A program made the translations under genes and the position numbers. Source: Paraspadella gotoi (taxonomy: Eukaryota > Animalia > Chaetognatha). Taken from it: a stretch of DNA of 64,000 bases. The notes beneath the pieces are model-generated. The model saw nothing but the letters and a program-made list of their open reading frames with translations, was not told where the DNA came from and ran no database searches. This document shows, piece by piece, positions 55,702 through 64,000 of this stretch. The stretch is taken from assembly GCA_051294375.1 (NCBI GenBank), contig CM119270.1:18226110-18290109 (forward strand), in the 5' to 3' direction. Positions within the stretch are counted from its first letter, which is position 1, and each line of letters opens with the position of its first letter.

Positions 55702-55761
<60 letters not shown>

Positions 55762-56305
55762 CTCTCTCGATCAAGTTCCCTGTTTTTAAGACTAATGGAC
55801 CGTCACTCTGATCGAGAGTCCGTGATATTTCACGTGATACGGCCACGGCATAATGGTGTCGCACGAATATTCAAAGATTATAACCTTATGACGATTTACT
55901 CTATTATGTCAACGCAATTATGCATTCGATATGCTTTCTGACGAGGGATACTATTCATTTTGAAAGATCTATTAGTAAATCTGCAAGCGCAAAAAATAAG
56001 GGATTTGTAATCACGTGGAACTGGTTCCGTTGGTCACGTGACCATTCGTTGCGATCGCTCGAGACTCGACGCTGAGTTAGAGAAGTAGAAAGAGTAGAAG
56101 AAGGAGTTTATCTCGCGGAGGGTAATTGTCGGATATTGATCACGGAAAGAGGGAAGAAGAGGCCGAGAGGGAGAGGGAAGATGAGAGAGGAAGAGAGAGA
56201 GAGGGAGAGAGAGAGAGAGATGAGAAGAGAGAGAGAGAGAAGGACGAGAGAGAGAGAGAGAGGGAGAGAAGAGAGAGAGAGAGAGAGGAGAGGAGAGAGA
56301 GAGAG

Positions 56306-56336
<31 letters not shown>

Positions 56337-57070
56337 TTGAGAGAGAGAGAGAGAGAATTTCTTAATCCTATTTAGTTATTTCACAATACGGCTTCTTAAA
56401 ATAAACTAAAATCCTTAAAGAACCCAACCATTTCGTCACGATGGCAAATGAAAGCATTACATTTTTACATCGCAATCGGGTTATCGAAGTTTAATGACTT
56501 TTAATTTCGATTGTAACGATCGAAGACCAAGGGAAAAGGAACGAATACCCGCACACTCAGGTCTTCTATGATGGAATCTGATGGAAACAATGAATGGTCG
56601 ACCCGGGACGGAGAAAGAAACAACACAATAGAAATCACGACAACATCCATAAAAATAAAAATCATTCACAAAACCAAAACCATAATAAACAAAACAATGT
56701 TCGCCCCCCACCAAAAAAAAACAACTGCAAAAACAATCACAAAAGAAAACAGACACATCGGACAAGTAAAAAAAAACGACCACAGTAACAAACGTAAATC
56801 TCTTTTAGGATTAACCACTATTAAAAGAAACAAGAAACGCCACAACAACCTCGACAGCAAACAAACAAAATTCGACAACTTAAACCAAAACCAAAAGAAC
56901 ACAAGGAAAAACATGAAAACCAAAGAAACCAACAAGAAAACAGAAAAAAGAACAGGGAAAATCGAGGAAAACAACACAACTGCAAACAACCAAAAACAAA
57001 CACCCAAACAAAAGAAACGAATGAAAGGAAACAAGAAAAACCCCAACCCCCCCCCCTTTGACCCACTGAC

Positions 57071-57225
57071 TCTATTGGATCCCCGAAGTATTGCTTTCCG
57101 AATAAGAGGACAACTAGAACAGGAGACGAGCTGACGGTGTACTTCCGGTAGTTGAGTCGATCACAAGCGTCGTCGATCCCGACTGTCTGCGCCACCAGGT
57201 CTTGAATTGCATCAAGAAAACGACT
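57071..57225 (-). pseudogene. Inverted, frameshifted copy of innexin exon 1
   Basis: The reverse complement of 22615-22767: AQTVGIDDACDRLNYRKYT...LFGKQYFGDPIE. The ATG is lost by a 1-bp deletion. Confidence 0.75.
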
Positions 57226-60200
57226 CGTGGAGCCGGATAGTGTAGCTGGGCGCGCCCACCCGGAATGTGGATGGCGCGCGAGGAGGAGGAGGAGAGAGGA
57301 GGAGGAGAAGATCGACGCTGTTGTTGTTTGTTTGTTGTTGTTCGTTTAGATAAATTCGCGACTTTATCAATTGAGCGTTTTTATTTGTTAATATCAATCT
57401 TCGGTAGGTTGTTTGTGTTGTTTGTGTTATTTTCTCTGAATTTGTTTTTAAAATGAGAGTCTGGCGTAAAGTTTACAAGAATTCATTTTTTTGGGGTTTT
57501 TTTTGTCATGCATTCTGTTTTTTTTTTTTATTCTTTTCGAAATCGAGACCAGAGAACGAAGTTTCCCTAACGATTTGGCAACCATAGGACGAAGAAAAAC
57601 GATCGATCGTTGTTGTTGTTCTTGTTTGTTGTTGTATCCTTTATGTCGTCGTTTTCGTCTCGTCGTCGTGTCCTTGTGCATGTTGATCTTTTCTTCTTGT
57701 TTTTTTCTCGATGAGGAAAATTCGGAAATCCAAGATTTTTGTTTTCGTTTATTTTCGACGCTTCGAGCGATTTTATTTTTTGTTAACGGTCGGAAAACTT
57801 TTTTTTTCTCTCTCTCCAGTGTATTTTGTTTTCTTTTTTTTCAACGTTTTTTTTTTTCTTCAATCCACTTGGTAATCCTTGCAACCAGCACCACCAAACT
57901 CTAGCAGTGTGATTTTTTTTTTACTTCACGATCACGTGAATCTCCGACTGGAAATTCCAGGCGCCGCGATATTGCGGAGTGCGGAGTCGCGCCGACGCGG
58001 ACGGCGCGGCGCCGCGGCGTTCGCGATATTGGAAATAGGCGTGTGGCGTTCGTTGTTGTCGTCGTTGTCGTCGTTGACGGTTGGCGGACGTTCACGTGGA
58101 TTCCGGCAGGAAAAAAGAAATTGATTTTTTTTCTTTTGAGGCTTTTTTTTTTTTCAGTGTCGAACGAAGCGGCCATGGTTCATGGTCCCGCGTGCGGTCG
58201 TCGTCGTCGTCGTCGTTCGTCGTCAGTCGTGTCTTCTTAAGCTTCTTTATGCAAGTAATCGTTTATTCGAGCGTTGGGTTAAAGGAAAGAAAAGAGAGGA
58301 AGAGAGGATGAGAGAGAGAGAAGAGAGATGGAAGGAGGGAGAAGAGATTGGAGAAGAGATTGAGAGAGAGAGAGAGAAATGAGAGAGACGAGGATAAACG
58401 GTGGAGTGCCTGTCGCGAGCGAACAAAACGTGTCCGACGATTTCAACACGGGGTGTGGGGGACGAGACGCGTGATGATGGCGCGGAGTAGGTGGCGTAAA
58501 GAGAGGAGCGGGATAGAAAAAGTCAAGGGAGAATAGAGAAGTGGGTGTGAAAATAAGAGGATAAAAGAAAGTAAGGCTGGATAGAATGAGATTTGGAGAG
58601 AGAGAGTAGGCTCGAGAAGTTAAGCAGATGGAAGAGAAGTGGGTGAGAGAGAGAAAAGTAGGAGAAAGAAAAGTAGTGGTAAAAAGAATGGGAGAAAGAA
58701 GTCGGTAGATAAGAAAAGTAGTGGTAAAAGAGAAGTTGGGTTGTAAGAAAAGTAACGTTTTAAAGCGCGCGGTTTAGGGAGAAGAAGCGAGGAAGTGGGC
58801 GGAGCCAATTGTAAAAGAGAGTGTTTAAAAAGTGAGGGCTCAGCGGCGAGAATTGTGGAATAAGCAGGCAGCGTTTAAAGGGTAATGTGAATCGTTATCA
58901 ACAGCGTTGATGCGAGTGTGAGGCCGAAAAGAAACGCGACGTAAGGGTTTTTTTTCCTTCTAATTTAATGTGAGTGATCGTGACTTTGTGAACTTTGTGA
59001 CTTTGTTGACATTTTCCGTTGTTTTTGACGGACCCGTCCAGGGTTTCACCGAGACCGATTATATTTCTGTTCCTTTTTTCTTTTTTTTCTTTATCTCTTT
59101 TCGTTTTCACAATTCCTTTTACCCTTTTCACGTTCACCGGGGTTTTTATCCTTCCCCCTCCGCTCTATTTTTTTTTTCGTTTTTCTTTTTGTTTTACCAG
59201 CGCCATTGGTCGCGGCTGCTTTTCTCTCTCTNNNNNNNNNNNNNNNNNNNNNNNNNGTCATTTTAAATCCTTTACCTCATTTCCCTCAATTATTGTCATT
59301 GACGATTACTAAAAAAAAAAATCATTATCTTAATTTAAATTAAGTAAGGGGTTAAAAAAATGGAAATTTTATTTTATTATTTTATCCTACTCGCTTTTAT
59401 TTCATTGTAGAGTGTGGGACACTTGGTTGACTGAACCGAATTGAAATGGGTTTCTTCCCATTCAATTATCTCAATGTANNNNNNNNNNNNNNNNNNNNNN
59501 NNNNNNNNNNNNNNNNNNNNNNNNNNNNNNNNNNNNNNNNNNNNNNNNNNNNNNNNNNNNNNNNNNNNNNNNNNNNNNNNNNNNNNNNNNNNNNNNNNNN
59601 NNNNNNNNNNNNNNNNNNNNNNNNNNNNNNNNNNNNNNNNNNNNNNNNNNNNNNNNNNNNNNNNNNNNNNNNNNNNNNNNNNNNNNNNNNNNNNNNNNNN
59701 NNNNNNNNNNNNNNNNNNNNNNNNNNNNNNNNNNNNNNNNNNNNNNNNNNNNNNNNNNNNNNNNNNNNNNNNNNNNNNNNNNNAGAGAGAGAGAGAGAGA
59801 GGAAAATAATTCGAATCGATTTCGTCGTTTTACGCCAAATTGGCTTTTGCCATTACCGATGACGACGATGACGACGAGGACGACGACGACGACGATGACG
59901 TCGATGACGACGACGATGAAGACGATGACGACGTCGACGATGACGTCGACGACGACGACGACGACAACGTCGACGACGTTGCCTATGACGACGACCAAAA
60001 AAAATGATGAAAACGACGATGACGAAAAGAGATTTCCGTTTCCACGGAAACGGAGGACTCAAAGATGCGAGTCGAAGATTAGATTTTCCAAAGCGCAAGT
60101 AATATATATGGCTATCGCTTCGCCATTACAGATTTTATCCGCATGATCACATCCTTCTCGCCCTCTTACGCATTCACGCATCACGGAATCCTGTGAACTA

Positions 60201-60943
60201 ATGAAAAATACGAAATGTGAAAGGATACAAAAAAAAAGAAAAAAAGAAAAATCTTGAAATCTTCTCTCACTTTCTTCTTGTTCGCTACTCAATCACGCAG
60301 GACTACACTTACCCTACTTTTAAGCGCTTAATCCATTTCANNNNNNNNNNNNNNNNNNNNNNNNNNNNNNNNNNNNNNNNNNNNNNNNNNNNNNNNNNNN
60401 NNNNNNNNNNNNNNNNNNNNNNNNNNNNNNNNNNNNNNNNNNNNNNNNNNNNNNNNNNNNNNNNNNNNNNNNNNNNNNNNNNNNNNNNNNNNNNNNNNNN
60501 NNNNNNNNNNNNNNNNNNNNNNNNNNNNNNNNNNNNNNNNNNNNNNNNNNNNNNNNNNNNNNNNNNNNNNNNNNNNNNNNNNNNNNNNNNNNNNNNNNNN
60601 NNNNNNNNNNNNNNNNNNNNNNNNNNNNNNNNNNNNNNNNNNNNNNNNNNNNNNNNNNNNNNNNNNNNNNNNNNNNNNNNNNNNNNNNNNNNNNNNNNNN
60701 NNNNNNNNNNNNNNNNNNNNNAGTCGGTGGCGGCAGAAGGGGACTTCTTTAATTCCAGTCAAATCTCGTGAAAAACTCATTAAGCTCCCAACGTGGCAAC
60801 AATTCACCCGTCGAAACTGTTCAAATACGGATTTTATAAAAATTGTATATGAGTCAGCTCGTTAAATATTCTTTGGACATTGTCAGTAATTAAGAAACAG
60901 CAAACAAAGAAAACAAAATTTAATAAAAACTTACAATTTAATT

Positions 60944-61008
<65 letters not shown>

Positions 61009-61975
61009 ACCAGGTTAAATAAAAAGCAAATGACTAATAGACAAAGTCCACAAAGTAGAACTCACGACTTGAATGTACTGGCGAAATTACCTAACGTTAA
61101 AACTATATTTAAATAACAAGGAATGGTTATTCCAAGGTGTTGCGCCGCATTACTTTTCTTTTTACTTATCTTTTCTTTAAAAACAAAAGGCGGCGCCAGT
61201 AGTCGCTTAGATTTGATTTTTGACAAATGAGCGACGGACGGAAAAGTGACTTATAGAGTTGCTCCGCCAGTACTCGCGGCGCAACTAAAAATGTTATATT
61301 GATCTTGAATATAAAACTAGCTCCGAGTTACCGCGTTGGTTCCTTCAATGCGATAAATTCATTAGAAATCCCACGTTTTCTGAGATTGAAAAGAAGAAAG
61401 CACATTGGCTGCCTCGTTGAAAGAAGGAAAATTCATCAAGGCTTCTTCGTTATAATTAGAAGTTTAAAATATATTAGAAATATAATAGATATTTATTAAA
61501 ATCTCGAGGGATATTGTTAGATTGAGGTAGAAAAACTTTTTTTTATATCAGAGGGGAGATAAACAGTGATAATATCAAACTATGAAAAGAAAATTTAGCT
61601 ATAANNNNNNNNNNACAGTTTTAATATCAAACTCTGAAACGAAAATTTAGCTATAAAGGTTCAATACAACAATATGTAAATAAGAGAGACAGAGTTAATC
61701 TCATTTAGGATCATAACGCACTCAAAGAATCATCTATTATAAAACATAAGTGATATTGAGAATATTCTCTTTCAAATTGAAAGGATGGCCAGTATAAAGA
61801 GCATATATAAAGACGCAGGTCTGTCACACTGAAATGTTACAATTTTTTACATTGCCTTTGAAATGTATTGAATGTGAGAGTGTTGTATTCGTGCGAAACA
61901 TTTTAATGTTATAATGCTATTTAAGTGTAAAGACGAAACTCATGACTCATTATTTTTTTCTTTCTTTTTTTACAG

Positions 61976-62065
61976 TGGGTGCCGATTATTTTGACGTTGC
62001 AGTCCTTCCTCTTTCATTTTCCTTTCATGCTTTGGCATTCCTTCGCCATAAACTCAGGAGTTCAG
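61976..62065 (+). CDS. inx: Innexin, coding exon 3 (TM2), intact copy
   Basis: T-rich acceptor ttttttacag|TGG, then WVPIILTLQSFLFHFPFMLWHSFAINSGVQ (30 codons), then donor CAG|GTTAAC. It completes YYQWVP and matches the innexin QxxxFxxPxxxW TM2 pattern. Confidence 0.88.
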
Positions 62066-62506
62066 GTTAACGAGGGAATAAAGACTCGATAAGAAAAGAG
62101 AGAGAGANNNNNNNNNNNNNNNNNNNNNNNNNNNNNNNNNNNNNNNNNNNNNNNNNNNNNNNNNNNNNNNNNNNNNNNNNNNNNNNNNNNNNNNNNNNNN
62201 NNNNNNNNNNNNNNNNNNNNNNNNNNNNNNNNNNNNNNNNNNNNNNNNNNNNNNNNNNNNNNNNNNNNNNNNNNNNNNNNNNNNNNNNNNNNNNNNNNNN
62301 NNNNNNNNNNNNNTCTCTCTCTAACTCTATCTCTTAACAGAGTTATTTTTCAGTCATATTCAAAGGAACAACAATTATATCAACAGTTTTTCACATTTAT
62401 ATAAACAAAAATAGTAAAAATAACAAAGCTAACTGTAGTATTCAACAAAAAACAAAAAAAGCATCAGATTAGAGACGTAAAATTGGTTACCAACATCGAC
62501 CTTCAG

Positions 62507-62607
62507 GTCAAATCGCTCATCAACGGTGCCAGACAAGTGGCCAAGTTTCACATCAAGAAACAATACAAAGATGCGCTGCTTCTTGAATTCTGCGAAGAGT
62601 TCGACAG
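62507..62607 (+). CDS. inx: Innexin, coding exon 4 (cytoplasmic loop), intact copy
   Basis: Acceptor gaccttcag|GTC, then VKSLINGARQVAKFHIKKQYKDALLLEFCEEFD plus AG (101 nt, phase 2), then donor AG|GTGAAG. It continues SGVQ-VKSL as in other innexins, and the phase fits the exon 5 acceptor seen at 41926. Confidence 0.75.
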
Positions 62608-63155
62608 GTGAAGACTGAAGACTGAAGATGACTGATGGAATTCGGTTGTAGTTAATATTCTTAAACATTGTTTTAATCAAGCTTAAAAAATATGTTTGGT
62701 GGGGCTGCGTTTCGGTATGATTGGTATCTCATTGTGGAGGTAAAACTGAGTCAACTTGTTAAACTCAGTACAGGGTCACGTGACAAGATTACTTGTTTTG
62801 ACATATTTTTTTATTTAAAATGTACAGTTTATAATTTTATTTTAGGAGTAAACTTTATTACGTACCTATAAGTGAATAATATTTTTAAATTTAAAATTTT
62901 TTTGTTTTTGTAAAATTTTAATGTTTATTTCTCTTTCACTAGCTCACATATTTCCAACGACACCACCCACTATTTTCTAAAAAACCACCTTCTTCCACCC
63001 CNNNNNNNNNNNNNNNNNNNNNNNNNNNNNNNNNNNNNNNNNNNNNNNNNNNNNNNNNNNNNNNNNNNNNNNNNNNNNNNNNNNNNNNNNNNNNNNNNNN
63101 NNNNNNNNNNNNNNNNNNNNNNNNNNNNNNNNNNNNNNNNNNNNNNNNNNNNNNN

Positions 63156-63410
63156 TGTTGTCAAAAGGCCAAGCAGTACATCTGCGTGGGTCGTCACTAT
63201 GGCAACTACCTCTACTTTCTCTTCCTCCTCATCAAAGCGTTGTACATCTTCAACCTGGTGGGTCAGCTCTACTGCCTCACCCTCTTCCTCGGGACGGACC
63301 ACGTGCTGCACGGGGTCAACGTCCTCTACGGCCTTATCTACGAAGAGACTTGGATCTCTTCCCTTCGGTTCCCCATCCAAACCATTTGCGAGTACTCCGC
63401 GCATCAGCAG
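63156..63410 (+). CDS. inx: Innexin, coding exon 5 (TM3 and extracellular loop 2); 5' end hidden in an N-gap
   Basis: CCQKAKQYICVGRHYGNYLYFLFLLIKALYIFNLVGQLYCLTLFLGTDHVLHGVNVLYGLIYEETWISSLRFPIQTICEYSAHQQ, then donor CAG|GTACGG. It carries the GxxYGNYL, KxxYxxNxxxQ and FPxxTxC innexin motifs. The missing start (R-STNTKFIPHDTNCPAG) is readable in the copy at 41926. Confidence 0.92.
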
Positions 63411-64000
63411 GTACGGCTCGTTGGGGGGGGGCCGGTTCGGTGGGCGGGTTCGTGGATGTGTTTGTGGGCACCGGGCAGGCGCGTTGGACGGGTTCGTCGG
63501 TCTGTGGATGAAGCCTGTGGATAAAGGGGTAAAGGAGAATAGCGATAAAAGTGGGCGATACTTCGTCCATCAAGAGATTCAGTTGTTGTGATTGTTCGTT
63601 AATGTGGGTAAGTTAAGGTAAGTTAAGGTAAGGTGGAGCCTGGGACGATGAAAAGAGGGAAGTTGAAAGAAGCCAAAAGGAGGTCGCCGAAATAGACGAC
63701 GATGAAGACAACGACGACGACAACGATAACGATAACGACGACAATGATAAGGACAACAACGACGAAGACAACGACAACGATAACGACGACGACGACGATA
63801 ACGACGATTATGTCAACAACGACGATGATAACGACAACAACGACAACGAGGACGACGATAACGACGACGCCAACGACGACGACGACGTCAGTAATATCTC
63901 CGAAAGAGATGACCTCGTGGCGACAAAAGCAGCTCGAATCCTCAAGCGGACTCAGACTCCGACTCATCGATTTCCGATTTTCAATTTTCCACCTTTTTTT

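Larger units (their letters stand above)
43765..59215 (-). repeat. ~15.5 kb inverted duplicate of ~20660-37780
   Basis: Collinear reverse-complement matches throughout: 43790-43930 vs 37610-37770, 48348-48563 vs exon 2, 52860-53400 vs 26260-26850, 57071-57225 vs exon 1, 59000-59215 vs 20660-20940. Confidence 0.93.

Noticed and set aside
55054-55941. 295-aa ORF, the longest in the track
   Set aside because: It is a C/T low-complexity tract lacking stop codons by composition, and the frame is not preserved in the forward copy (24150-24800).
40778-57225. Additional innexin paralogues or true pseudogenes
   Set aside because: Introns and microsatellites are duplicated along with the exons, and the differences are mostly 1-bp indels. 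This fits raw-read error better than evolutionary decay, so they are not counted as separate genes.
61562-61660. ~40-bp direct repeat on both sides of a 10-N gap
   Set aside because: The other copy (40380-40445) appears to have one unit only, so it is probably overlapping contig ends.

Overview
This is eukaryotic invertebrate genomic DNA from a gappy, microsatellite-rich draft assembly; the innexin motifs suggest a lophotrochozoan. The only well-supported gene is a multi-exon innexin (gap-junction/hemichannel protein) on the + strand. Its intact exons lie at 22615-22767, 32940-33158, 61976-62065, 62507-62607 and ~63156-63410, and splice in frame to about 289 aa. TM4 and the C-terminus lie beyond the window. 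Much of the window is redundant. A ~15.5 kb inverted copy (43765-59215) repeats 20660-37780, 37778-42318 repeats 59257-63472 directly, 35.2-37.4 kb occurs a third time, there is a local inversion at 28912-30600, and a block in the first 4.2 kb occurs three times. These extra copies are full of small indels and sit next to gaps of exactly 25 N, so they are most likely unpolished long-read gap-fill artefacts rather than real paralogues. They still reveal probable haplotype differences (a ~660 bp TAGGG...CCCTA insertion, a VNTR copy-number change, a ~70 bp indel) and show the contents of several N-gaps. Other notable points are a cluster of TCACGTGA E-boxes around innexin exon 1, an unusually long first extracellular loop and a non-canonical FPIQTIC motif. 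Almost all ORFs in the supplied track are low-complexity artefacts. I found no convincing novel biological system.
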